Shown here one piece after another: positions 13,835-26,665 of a stretch of 64,000 nucleotides of DNA. Made by a program: the position numbers and the translations under genes. Within the stretch, counting starts at the first letter, position 1, and each line of letters begins with the position of its first letter. The notes beneath the pieces were generated by a model, which was given only the letters and a program-made list of their open reading frames with translations, did no database searches and was not told where the DNA came from. The stretch is from the human T2T-CHM13v2.0 reference genome, Homo sapiens, in assembly GCF_009914755.1 (NCBI RefSeq), contig NC_060927.1; one strand, given 5' to 3'.

Positions 13835-14715
13835 CTCAGGGACTTTATTGGGACAACTGGGGCAATTTGAGTTTCGACTGTATATTTGACACTATTATTG
13901 TATCAATGTCTGTTTTCTCGGCTGTGATGATAGTCTTTCTGATTATGGAGGAGGATACTCCTTGTTTTGGTAGACACATTCTAAAGAATTTACAGGTGAA
14001 ATTCCATGAAGTCTGCAACTTACTTTCAAATGTTCTGGGAGAAAATGATATATGTAATATATATATTTACATGAGAGTTTTCCTCTGAAATCTCTAGATT
14101 CTAAAGTCTAAAGATTCTCTAATAATGCATTTATTGTGAATTGTGCAACATTGCAGCTTTGAGGTTGGAGTAATCTCTATTTCATGCTGGCTTTAGTCCA
14201 TGTTGACTGTGGAAGTTTGCAGTCATTTCTTTATTAATGAAAACTGACAGGTGGACACTATTACCACCTTGTATTGGTCAGACTTTACCAGAGGAAATCC
14301 AGGATTCTTCGCATGAACAACTGTGTCAATAAAAACAAATTCCCTCTGAGAAAATTAAAATAAGTAATAAAGACTCAGGCTGGGCATGGTGGTTCACACT
14401 TGTAATCCAGCAGTTTGGGACACTGAAAAAGGAGAATCACTTGAGTCCAGAAGTTCAAGACCAGCCTAGGCTACCAAGCAAGACTCCATCTCCACAAAAA
14501 ATAAAAATAAAGACTCTCTCTCTCTTTCTCACACAGCTTCATCTATCTAATGTATCTTATCTATCTATCGTCTATCTATCTATAAACAGAGAGAAGAGGG
14601 AGACAGATAAATAAAGCAAATATGGAGAAATGTTATTGGTTGGTGAGACTGGTTGAAAGTGTATATATTTTTTCAATTTTTCTTTGGCTTGAAGTCCCTC
14701 TAAATAAAATGTTGA
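13835..14715 (+). mobile_element. Old L1MC/ME 3' end, interrupted at ~14075-14580
   Basis: GTCTGCAACTTACTTTCAAATG upstream; AAAGCAAATATGG...AAATAAAATGTTG downstream. Confidence 0.65.
14377..14510 (+). mobile_element. FLAM (Alu left monomer)
   Basis: Monomer with A-tail; TSD AATAAAGACTC. Confidence 0.9.
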
Positions 14716-14759
14716 GAGGGAAAATACACTATTTCTCCCGATGAGGTTGTCATCACTGG

Positions 14760-15095
14760 GAGATAAGATGTCTATCATCTTACTTTGGGCTACCCCAGAA
14801 GCAAATCCTGAGATGAAGGTTCAAGTGCAACTTGTTTATTCCGTAAGTGATCCAGGAAACAGCAGTGGAGAAGTGAGGTGGGAGAAGGCAACCAAAAAGG
14901 AGAATATCATCAAGTCTCTGCCATCTCTGAAAGTCAAGGGGACTTCACACCTGGGAAACTCTGGAGTCACATAGAATGTCTCAGGTGAGAGCCGGGGTAT
15001 TTATACCCAATGCAGTCACAAGATGGGGGCTGCCCCCATGGGTGTGGCAGCCAGAGAAGGCCCCGAGCAGTAGGTATTCGGGCCGAGCACTAGTA
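14760..15095 (-). mobile_element. LTR16-like (ERVL) LTR
   Basis: CCCCAGAAGCAAATCCTGAGATGAAGGTTCAAGTGCAA motif. Confidence 0.55.
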
Positions 15096-15673
15096 AGGCC
15101 TAGCATCTGCTCCACAATCTTCCATCCATTCATTCAACCAACTTCCACCTCGTGGACTCAGGGCCAGGCCCTCGCTAGGTGCTGGGGAAATAGTCCTCAT
15201 GAAGACAGATGCAACCTCTGCTCCCACAGGAGAATGAGAACAAGTGGGGAAAACAAACAAAAACCAGGTAAACAAAAATTGACAACAGAGGGGAAATTAC
15301 AATTCACCTGGTCATCTAGTCATTGAACTTTTAGTAAGCACCTATTGTGTGTTGGTCATAATTGCAGACATAGGGAATATATAGATGAAACAAGAATTGT
15401 AGGGCCTTAAGCAATTCATGAATTTTTTTTTCTTGAAGGAAAACAATCTAGTCGAAGTCCTCACAGCTCCAGAGGGGTGAGACACTGAAATCCAGCTGCA
15501 AGGATATTTAAAGAACAGGCCCATTGCTTACATTTAGCTAGAAAAGCCCCTCTCTCCACCCCATCCACCATCCTCCCAGGGTGCTAACTCTAGCCTGAGA
15601 ACTGACCCCGAGGACTGTCCTTCAATTAACTGAATTTGCTCCTGAAACAATGGCAGCAGAAGGGTACACTCTG

Positions 15674-16099
<426 letters not shown>

Positions 16100-16440
16100 C
16101 TACCTCCCTTTCTGCCTGGCTACCTTGAAAACTCCCAAACATTGCTCCCTTGTCATCTAAAATTAGAGACATCCACAAAATCTGGTTCGACTCCCTCCTG
16201 AACACCAAATAATTTGTACTAGATTCATCACTTAACTGATGATGGCAATATGTTGTGTGATTTCAGCATCAAACACATTGCACTTCCATCATCGTGTCCA
16301 TCGGGCAACAAAGACAGAGATGAGGTTACTTCTCATCTCATGCCTCTCAGAGATGAGGCATGTGTTACAAACATCAAACACTGAGCTTTGGGTAGTTGCT
16401 GCTGTTTTTTATTTGTTTTTCTGTTTGTTTTGTTTTTAAT

Positions 16441-16600
16441 GTCAGGCACAGTGGTTCAAGCCTATAGTCCCTGGAGGCTGGAGGCTGAGGCAGGAGGATA
16501 TTTGAAATCCCCGAGCCCAGGAATTCGAGGCTGCAGTGAGCTATGATCATACCACAGCACTCAAGCCTGAGCAATATAGTGAGACCCTGTCTCTAAAAAA
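16441..16600 (+). mobile_element. FRAM/FAM-like Alu monomer
   Basis: Single monomer with GAGGCTGCAGTGAGCTATGATC. Confidence 0.85.
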
Positions 16601-16601
16601 T

Positions 16602-16765
16602 TTAACTACCTGACAGAGGAGATACTGTGATCATGAAAGTGGTTTTCCTAGGGCAAGACTTATCCGTTGCACTCCAGATGTGCTGACTCATGCAATTTCC
16701 CCAAATGTGGGAAACTCGACTACATAATTTCTGGTGGTAGGGGACTGCGTTCATGTTCTCCCCTA
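16602..16765 (+). pseudogene. RNU1: U1 snRNA retropseudogene, full length, with A-rich tail to ~16801 (symbol given is the parent family)
   Basis: Colinear with U1 (GTGGTTTTCC.AGGGC.AG.CTTATCC.TTGCACTCC, ATTTCCCCAAATGTGGGAAACTCGACT); 5' end and Sm site (AATTTCTGG) mutated; flank is Alu rather than a U1 promoter. Confidence 0.95.
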
Positions 16766-17189
16766 CTAAAAAATAAAAATTAAAAAATAAATAAATAAAA
16801 ATTCCACTGAACTAAAAACAAACAAAAAAATCCAGAAGGCAAGAATTAGCACTTTGAGAATTGCAGACCTATTGTTCTGAGCTTGTTTCTCCAATGTGGT
16901 GTGGAGTGAATCCTTTTCTTTCAGTCAAGTCTCTATTGCTTTCCTATAACTTCGATGAAGGAGAACTCACACTTTTTAAAAGGAAGGCCCAGGAAAGCTA
17001 TCCATCCAGGCTGTGTGTTGGTTCGTGAATGGTGCCAGGCCGGCAGTAGAGGAAGCTCTGGCCTGAAGGTTGGCTCAACCCCATTTTTCATTGGGCCAGC
17101 TTTGGGCAACCCACACCCACACCCACACCCACACGCTACATTGTTCTGTGTTCAAGAGCTTCCTTGAAGCCTCTCTTCTCTCTCTCCCT

Positions 17190-17499
17190 ATTTTTTTTTC
17201 TTTTTTTTTTCTTTTTTTTGAGATGGAGTCTCCGTCTGTCATCCAGGCTGGAGTGAAGTCACATGATCTCGGCTCACTGCAGCCTCCGCCTCCCAGGTTC
17301 AAGCAATTCTCATATCTCAGTCTCCAGAGTAGCTGACTACAGGCACGTGCCCCCACACCCAACTAATTTTTCTATTTTTTGTAAAGACGGGGTTTTGCCA
17401 TGTTGGCTGGGCTGGTCTTGAACTCCTGTCCTCAAGTGATCTGCCTGCCTCAACCTCCCAAAGTGCTGAGATTACAGGCATAAGCCACTGTGCCCAGTC
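17190..17499 (-). mobile_element. AluS
   Basis: Full antisense Alu. Confidence 0.95.
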
Positions 17500-18430
17500 T
17501 CTTTTCTTTCTCTTTTGCAAATAATCTATCTCAGGGCCCTGTGGGCTCTGCATCTGTCTAGGCTGTGCTCCTCATAGCTGGCCTCCAGCCTCTCCACACA
17601 GCAGTCACAGGAAGCCTCCTAAATGCACATGTACTGATGGGGGCTTCTCCACCAAGGCCATCAGCTGCTCCCTGTGCTCTCCGGGAGGAAGCCCTTACTC
17701 CTTGACACAACATCAAAGCTCCCACCAAGGCCCCAGCTCTCCAGCCCCAGCTCCGTCTCTCCTTTCCTCCAATTCTGCATCCCGGCAAAAAGAATTACCT
17801 GCTGCGCCTCTAACAGTCCAAGACATCTGCAAATACATTTGCCTCTACCTGGAAAGGACTTCTTCCTTTTGCCCCTTCACCTTCCCAAACCCCTCTCTTC
17901 ACATAACCCATTTTCCCTCCTTTCTCTAGACTTTGCTTAGATGCCACCTCCTCTAGCTGGCCTTGCCTGACCCCTGACACTTGGGTGAGATGCTACCCGT
18001 GGGCTCCCCAATCACAGCAGCCAGGGATGGGTTTGTAGTTTTACCTGTGTCTCACAGAGCTCCCAGTGTGGAACACAGGCTCGATAAATGCGTGAATGAT
18101 ATGTGGATGAGTATGCGGATGGACGTTTGCTAGGCACTCGGTTGGCCACTGAAATGGGGTTGTTCTAGATAGGTGCTGTGTAAGTGGGGGCCACCAACTG
18201 GTACTGCTTGTCCACTGGCTATTACCGATTTGCAACTAATTAAATACAGACATTGAGTGTGTTTCAAAACTTATAAAGCACTTTAACTGAGTGATTTTAT
18301 GTCTGCTGAATCTAATAATAAAAAACACCGAGCTCGTATTTTGTATGCCTTGGTTTTATTTTTTTCCATTAAATTATGTCAATTGTATTTTACTGTATTG
18401 GTCTGCAATGGATTAGAAATCTCAAACATT

Positions 18431-18883
<453 letters not shown>

Positions 18884-20075
18884 TTAGAAGGTAAACTTGG
18901 CTGAATCTGCATTCGCAGGGAAGCTTTTCCATATGAAAACGTCAAAAGACTTTCTCAGAATCAAATATGCCAGAATAAACAGCTTATAGAATGGTCTTCT
19001 GAACCTGATGTCCCCAAACGGAGAATAAATTGCAGCTATTAAGATCATCCTATTCATTTAACTGACCGAGACAGCCCCATGCACGTGGTGGCCCATGCCA
19101 TAAAAATGTGTCTCTCTCAAAAAACAAACAAACAAAACACCAAAATTTTGATAAATGATTATTTATCTTGAATGCAAAATAAATAAATAAAGCATCTTTC
19201 TCACTTACTTTGGAGACATGATTTTTAAATTTGTTTCCTAACTTTCCCCAATCTGGCTTCCATTAGAGAACTATTCCCAAATTAACCTCTGTGCCCTCTC
19301 AAGTAAAGAATGCAAGAGATTTCTACCAGCTATTTTCTCCCATTTCGAACATGCCACGTGTGTTTAACAGCAGGCAGAGATTTCCAGGCTAGAAGTGGTA
19401 GTAAAGGGATCTTTTAGCAACTGTTCTTTGAAAATCGGCACAGTTTTTTTTTTAATGACAGGCACCCCTTTTGCCCCAAAAGGTCTCTCACATTGCTATC
19501 CTGAGCCAAATGTTTAATTGATGCTAAGGAATTTTACATTCAGTCACCTTCCAAGTGCTGAGCAAATGAAGTGCCAATAGGCTATGTGATGGGGGACCAG
19601 GGTAAAGATTGAACTTTATCTGTGCTCGTGAGGAGAGATCAGATAAGTCACCAGTGGCTTCAGCAACAATGAGTTATCATTCGCCACACTTGTGAAGGAA
19701 AAGGTCAAAGCACACGGTGGTGAACATGCATTTGAGGCCCCAGAAACGGTTTTCTTAGCCACGGCCTCCGGAATCACACACACTGGGTTATTTCTTTGAA
19801 GGCAGAGCTAAACATATGTAGCGGAAAAGTTCAGGGTTCAAAGTGTAATTTCAAAAACAAAGAACCAAGTTTCCCACTTAAACATCTAGGTAAATGGACA
19901 CAGGCCATGAGCTTAGAAGCAAAGGCACATCTTTTCTGCACAGACTGCCAAAATGCCGCTGAATCTTCCTCCCGAGAGCCATACCCTAGGTCCACACCCT
20001 TCTATACTCACTCTGGGCTTACTGTGAGGTTTGATTCGATTGATGGGAAAGCAGCAAATGTGGCCCAGGTAGAGA

Positions 20076-20372
20076 TTTCTTTTTTTTTTTTGAGACAGGG
20101 TTTCACTGTGTCGCCCAGGCTGGAGTACAGAGGCACAGTCTCAGCTCACTAAAGCCTCAACCTCCCAGGCTCAAGTGATCCTCCCACCTCAGCCTCCCAA
20201 TTAGCTGGGACTACAGGCATAGGCCACCATGACCAGCTAATTTTTCTATTTTTTGTAGAGATGGAGTTTCACCATGTTGCCTAGCCTGGTCTCCAACTCC
20301 TGGGCTCAAGTGATCTGCCCACATCAGCCTCCCAAAGTGCTGGGATTACAGGCATGAATCACTGTGCCCAGC
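20076..20372 (-). mobile_element. AluJ
   Basis: Antisense Alu with CCTGGGCTCAAGTGATC. Confidence 0.93.
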
Positions 20373-20394
20373 CCCGCAAGTAGAGCTTTGAATA

Positions 20395-20742
20395 GTACTG
20401 TACCTTGGCACTTGCCCTTGTTTGCTGCTCGTTGGAACCCTGAGTCCACCATATGAACAAGCCTGAGTTAGCCACCTGGAGGATGAGAGGCTACCTGGAG
20501 CAGAGATGAGCCCTCCCAACTGAAGCCCTTCAGGACCAGTTAGCCTGCTTAATGCCAGATAGGTGAGTGAGGCCATGCTAGATCATACAGCCCCAGCCGA
20601 GCCACCAGCTGCCCATGGAGATCAGCCACATACCCCACACAAGAGGAACCACCCAACTGACCCATGGGATCATAAAAAATAATAACTGTCATTTTAAGCC
20701 TATGATAAGGTAGTTTGCTACACAGGAAAAGCCAACTGATAT
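20395..20742 (+). mobile_element. MLT1 LTR fragment
   Basis: TTTTAAGCC...GGTAGTTTGCTACACAG...AACTGATA end. Confidence 0.65.
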
Positions 20743-21500
20743 GCATTCATTCATTTATTCATTCATCCACTTATTTATTTAACAAATATGTGTTGAGAGC
20801 CTTCTGTTGGCTCACTGTGCTAGGCAGAAAGGCAACTGAAAGAGGCCATGAGCTCCTTAAAGCCAAGGATATAGCTTATTTGTCTCTGTTTTCCAGGCCT
20901 GGCACACTCCAGCATATATATAGGAGGTGCTCAAAAACTTTATCTAATAAACACATGAATTGGAATTAATCCCAAGGGGACAATTATAGATCTCAAGCTT
21001 TAAAAGTGCAGATTGCTTGACTCAGCAATTCCACTTCTGAGAATTTAATGTAAGGAAATATTACAAGAATGTCCTATCATAGCCTCGTTTACAGTGGCTT
21101 CATTGGATTTGGTTGAAAACACAATGGTGGCAATAGCAGTGTAGTCTCTGTGACAATTTGGTTGAAAAGAATATTGCAATCATGGGTGCAGGTAATTTCG
21201 ATCCCCTGTGGAGTAGCTTTATGACCTTTTTGTTCCTTTAGACAAAAAAAAAAAAGTTAAGTATCTTTCAGAATTTGGGGGATTTCATTCTCCTCTACTT
21301 TTAAAATTTCTAATTCCCTTTCAGACAATTAAATATGCTCTGGTCTGCTAATAATAAGAAGAAACAAATTGTTTTATGTCTGTCAATAGGGAGTTGGTTA
21401 AAGGACAGCGCAAGCATACGATGGGTGTGCCTCATTTTAAGGGATATGGTAGAGACAGGATAGAGCTGTATGCCTCTGTTTACATCAAAAGGTGGTCATT

Positions 21501-21930
21501 ATGTCCATCAGGGTTCTCCAGGGAAACAGAATTCAGAAAGAGAGAGAGAGATTTTAAGGAATTGGCTTACATGATTGGCGGAGTCTGCCAAGTCTGAAAT
21601 TTGTAGGGTAGGCTGGCAGGCTAGAAACCCAGACAAGAGTTGATGTTATATCCCAGTCTGAAATCTGCAGGCTGTCAGGCTGGAAACTGAGGAAGATTTC
21701 CATGATCCTTCCTCTCCAAGAAACCTCAGTTTCGGCTCTAAGACCTTCACATGATTGGATGAAGCCCACCCACATTATCAAAGGTAATCTCCTTTATTTA
21801 TAGTCAGCTGATTGTAGATGCGCATTACCTCTGTGAAATACCTTCATAGCAGCATCTAGATTGGTGTTTGACCAAACAACTGTGCACCATAACCTAGCCA
21901 AGGTAACGCATAAAATTTAACCATCGCTGT
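21501..21930 (-). mobile_element. MLT2-family solo LTR within an old L1
   Basis: CAGGGTTCTCCAGGGAAACAGAA...AAGGAATTGGCTTACATGATT...TAAAATTTAACCATC. Confidence 0.85.
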
Positions 21931-22183
21931 CATAAGTTGGAAAAAAAAATCAACTAAAAAATAGAATAATTTGGTTCTATTTTTAAAGAGGAAAATTATA
22001 ACATATCTATAGAAAAGAAATTAGGAAAGGTCCGCACCAATATGTTAACAATGATTGTCTCTGGGAGGGTCTGATTGCTGGTCTCTCTCCTCTCTGCTGG
22101 TCTGGTTTTCCTGTTTTGCCTGAAAAGAGAAAGCCTAGCTATTGAAAGAAAACAAATAAAAGGAACAAAGAATTAAAGAACCT

Positions 22184-22680
22184 TGTCAATGCCCTTCAGC
22201 CAAAGACCACCCAGGAACACACCTGTTGTTGAACAAGTTGGTTTTGTTACTGGTAGAAACTAGAGAGCATGAATACCATGGGGAACTGTGGTAGTTTCCG
22301 TAGAGGGTGTTAGAAAGAATCTATTACAGGATTTGGGCTTTGGTTGAGTGATCTGGCGGAAGGCTTAAGGAAACAGGCTCACTCTAGATTCAGTGCTGTC
22401 AGAAAGCAACCACAATTCTAGAATTCAGTATCACAATAAGTCTTACGTATACGGAAGGCAAACTAAATCAAGGATAAAGCTGTAATTGACAAAGAAGCAA
22501 CAGTCACTCGTGTTTGGTGAGAAAAAGAGATGTTTGGTATCTTATGGGTTACACAATGACCTTCTTTTCAGTTTACTTTATCCTGGTTGCAGAGTGACCT
22601 TGTCTGTGTTCTGTGAGATTGTGTCTGTCCAACAGCAGAACACCATGGCCCTGCTGTATCACACTGGTTCCCAGGTGCCA
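22184..22680. mobile_element. Probable old ERV LTR, family not assigned
   Basis: General resemblance to ERVL-type LTRs only. Confidence 0.35.
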
Positions 22681-23001
22681 GAGATTACCCTTTTTTTTTT
22701 TTTTCCCCTCTACCTGAATAGGGATAATACTAGGAACTTTACTTGCACCGAAAAAAACAAAAAGTCTGGAGAGGCTTTATTTTCTGTAACTGATTCTTCC
22801 TCTGTTTTCTTAGCCATGTTTTCCTGAAAGTATTAATTTAGTAAATTGAACCAGGATTAGTTTTTCAATCACTAGTGCAAATATCATAAATTTTGAGCAT
22901 TCTATCCAAGACATGAAATGGTGAACACTAGGATCGTTTCCATCTTTTAGGCGATAGTTGCTTCAGTTGCTTCTTTGTTAGTCTAATCCCAAACCAGAGC
23001 G

Positions 23002-23537
23002 TTTTTTTTGTTTTTTTAAAGACAGAGTCTCACTCTGTTGCCCAGGCTAGAATGCAGTGGCACAATGTTGGCTTACACAACCTCTGCTTCCCAGGTGATT
23101 CTCCTGCCTCAGCCTCCAAAGTAGTTGGGATTACAGGCGCTGACACCATGCCTGGCTAATTTTTGTATTTTTAGTAGAGACGAGATTTTGCCATGTTGGC
23201 CAGGCTGAGTTCGCTGTTGCCTTCATCCAAGCTTAAGTCTCACACTTTTAGTAAGACTTTACCTACACGACAATACATAATGACCCACCAAACACACGCC
23301 TACCACATAGTTAAGCCCAGCCCTTGGCCATTAACAGGAGCTCTCTCAGCCCTCCTAATAACATCTGGCCTAGCTATATGATTTCACTTTAAATCCACTA
23401 CCCTACTAACACTGGGCCTACTAACCAGCACACTGACCACAGACCAGGCTGGTCTCGAACTCCTAGCCTCAAGTGATCCGCCCACCTCAGCTTCCCAAAG
23501 TGCTGGGATTACAGGTGTGAGCCACTGCACCCAGCCA
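23002..23537 (-). mobile_element. AluS (Sz-like) split by a NUMT
   Basis: 23002-23207 and 23444-23537 rejoin as CCATGTTGGCCAGGCTGGTCTCGAACTCC. Confidence 0.95.
23208..23443 (+). pseudogene. MT-CO3: NUMT: 3' end of MT-ATP6 plus 5' end of MT-CO3 (symbol given is the parent gene)
   Basis: Mitochondrial code gives [21 protein letters not shown] overlapping (TAATG, 23278-23282) [53 protein letters not shown]. Confidence 0.97.
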
Positions 23538-24013
23538 CCAGGGCATAATTGACTGGAAATAGGGAGGTGTTGAAAAGAAGAAAACAAAACTTTAGATTTT
23601 TTTTTAAATGATTATTTTGCTGAAAGATGCTTAAAGAGTTGGAATATCATTCCAGGCAAAATTTCCCCTTGGCAAACAAAAATTTCCTTTTTGTATAAAC
23701 ATAGTGACTGAGAATTTTCATTATCAACGAATTCAGCATTCCAACCATACTGACAGCTTAATCAATTTGCTTCCAGCCAAATTGCTCTTGACCAAATTGT
23801 CTGCTATGATATATAACAGTAAAACATTGGAAATAACCTAAACATCCAACAAGAAGGTTACTGAAGAAAGCCAAATAAACCATGGTTCATCAATACAATA
23901 AATGTCATGCATTCACTTAAAGCAACATACATATACATTTCTTTTGAAAGGAGTAAATGAATGCTTCTAAACATTTAGGGAAAGAGTCACATTTACAAAT
24001 AAGCCCAATTTAG

Positions 24014-24314
24014 GTTTGGTTGTTGTTTTGTTTTTTGTTTTTTTGAGACAGGATCTCATTCCGTCACCCAGGCTGGAGTGATCACAGATCACTGCAGCCT
24101 TGAACTCCTAGGCTCAAGCAATCCTCCCACCTCAGCCTCCCGAGTAGCTGGGACCACAGGTGCACACCACCAAGCTCAGCTAATTTTTAAATTTTTTGTA
24201 AAGACAAGGTCACACCAGGTTTCCCATACTGCTCTCAAACTCCTGGGCTCAAGCAGTCCTCCTCCCTTGGCCTCCCAAAGCACGGGATTACAGATGTGAG
24301 CCACCACACTGGCC
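24014..24314 (-). mobile_element. AluJ
   Basis: Antisense Alu; TSD CCCAATTTA. Confidence 0.92.
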
Positions 24315-24509
24315 CCAATTTAATTGTGACCATACGGCAAATTCTAGGAATTTGACCAATAGAGACAGTTCCTCTTTTCTCTTAAATATGACCCACCTTT
24401 CACTGTTTGTTCACCAAACCTAATATTTCCTAACTATTCTTTGCTTGGTTTTTTGGAATACAGGAATCAAGTAGAAAGCAAATCTACTCAGTTCTAAACT
24501 GGCAGGGGT

Positions 24510-24648
24510 GGCTGGGTGTGGTGGCTCATGCTTGTAATCCCAGCATTTTGGGAGACCAAAGTGGGAGCATTGCTTGAGCCTGAGAGTTTGAGACCAGCCT
24601 GGGCAACACAGCAAGATCCTGTCTTCATTTTTAAAATAAAAAAATAAA
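24510..24648 (+). mobile_element. FLAM
   Basis: Monomer; TSD GCAGGGGTG. Confidence 0.9.
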
Positions 24649-24819
24649 ATTGCAGGGGTGATTCCAACAATATAGCACCTGGTCCAATGTCCAGGAAGTA
24701 GAGGCTGAAATGTCAGCTCATGTCAACCCAGGAACAGAGCACTTTCTCTGTGAGAAAGATTTTACTCTTTAACTAAGCCATGGTGCCTTCCTTCTCCTGG
24801 ACTTTGCTTAAAAAAATTT

Positions 24820-25765
24820 TTTTTGAACAGCTTTATTGAGGTATAATTAACATATAGTAAACTGCACATATTTAAGGCATGCAATACAATGAGTTTTGAT
24901 TTATTCATACATCGGTGTGATTATAACCACAATCAAGGTAATGAACATAGCCATTCCCCCCAAAAGTTTCCTTGTGTGTCTTCTAATCCTTCCGATATGG
25001 TTTGGCTGTGCCCCCACCCAAATCTCATCTTGAATTATAGCTTCCACAATTCCCATGTGTTGTGGGAGGGACCACGCGGGAGATAACTGAATCATGGGGG
25101 CAGCTTCCCCCATATTGTCGTGGTAGTGAATGAGTCTCATGAGATCTGATGGTTTTATAAGGGGAAACCCCTTTTGCTTTGCTCTCATTTCTTCTGCCTG
25201 CTGCCATGTAACATGTGCCTTTCACCTTCCACCATGATTGTCAGGCCTCCCCAGCCATGTGGAACTGTGAGTCCATTAAATCTCTTTTTTCTTATAAATT
25301 ACCCAGTCTTGAATATGTCTCTATCAGCAGTGTGAGAACAGACTAATATACCTTCCTTTCCACCTCTTCCCAATCTCCCCTTTGAGCAACCATTGCTTTC
25401 TGTCACTATAGATTAGGTTCCATTTTCTAGAGTTTTGTATTGTTGTCAGCATCGGTAACTTATTCCTTTTGACTGCTGAGTAGCAGGACACTGTATGGAT
25501 GCACAACGTTTTGTTTACGCGTTTAGCGACTGAAGGGCACTCGGATTGTTTTCAGTTTGGGGCAATCACACATAAAGCTGCTATAGACATTCGAACATTC
25601 TTGTGCAGGTCTTTGCATGGACATCAACTTTCCTTTCTCTTGGGTAAATATCTAAGAGTATAATGGCTGGATCAAATGGTAAGTTTAACTTTTTAAGAAA
25701 CTGCCAAACTGCCTTCCAAAGTGCTTGCACCATTTAATGTTCCCATCAGCAGTGAGTGGGCATCT
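24820..25765 (-). mobile_element. L1MB/MC-type 3' end, interrupted by THE1
   Basis: ACAGCTTTATTGAGGTATAATT...TTAAGAAACTGCCAAACTG...TCCCATCAGCAGTG. Confidence 0.85.
24993..25350 (+). mobile_element. THE1C-like solo LTR
   Basis: GATATGGTTTGGCTGTG...AAGGGGAAACCCC...GACTAATA; 5-bp TSD CCTTC (24988-24992, 25351-25355). Confidence 0.92.
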
Positions 25766-26665
25766 GGACTTTGTTTTCAACCCAGAGAGAAGCCTGGGTC
25801 TGAGGACCCCAGAAACTGGGTTCTTCTGAGGAGGGCCACACTTTACATAGGCATCTTTAGGAGAGGGCCCTGGAAGAGGTGGGGGACACAGCACTAGGGT
25901 GGGAATCAGCCACAGTCCACCAGGAAATTGGGGAGGCCAGTTTTGTCTGAGAGCTGGTGGGCTCTGAATATATTCCACGCTTTCTTTGTCCCAGCCTGGG
26001 GAGTGGGGGTGGAAGTAGAGGAGGAAAAGAATTTCAATGAGCTGCTTTTGACTTGATGTCATTTTGTTGGTTTCAATAACTATTTGTTGAAATAATCTGT
26101 GCCAAAGGAGGCCAAAAGGGAAGAGGCATAGGACTGGGGTTCAAAGAGCAGACCCTGAAGAGTCCTTGGAGGACGAGGGAGAGTGCGAGAGGCTTAGCAG
26201 GGTGGACAGTGATTCTCATTTTACAAAAATGCCCAGTATCGAGATTGCTGCAGTGTTTTCAGTGCTGGGGAAATGACATCCCTAAGGCTTGCATTCTAGA
26301 TCCTCAAAAAACAAATTGCCCTTTTAAAGTCTCACGGTTAAAGAGATATTTGGTGTCTCTTGAACATGTGGTCGGAGGGTTTTCTGATGGGAATCCTTGG
26401 TTGTTTTTAACAAAATAAGCCAGATCCAGAGGCTGCGTGACAGGACCCGGGCACCTCTCAGGCTGTCTTCTCACAGTTTGTCTTCTTTCCTAGCCTAATT
26501 TCTAGACTCTCTGCACCTGTGGTCTTTGTTTCACTCCAGCATCACCTTTTCAGCCTCTGCCATTAATTGGACTCATTGAATGCACTGGGCTCATGCCGGC
26601 TTCCTAGTTGCTGAATCCAGAGGCCTTTTCTCAGATCTTGTTCTCCTGCTCTCATGGCACCATTT

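Noticed and set aside
23193-23381. 62-aa ORF containing COX3-like sequence
   Set aside because: Alu/NUMT fusion read in the nuclear code; it ends at a mitochondrial TGA(Trp), and the ATP6 part is disabled
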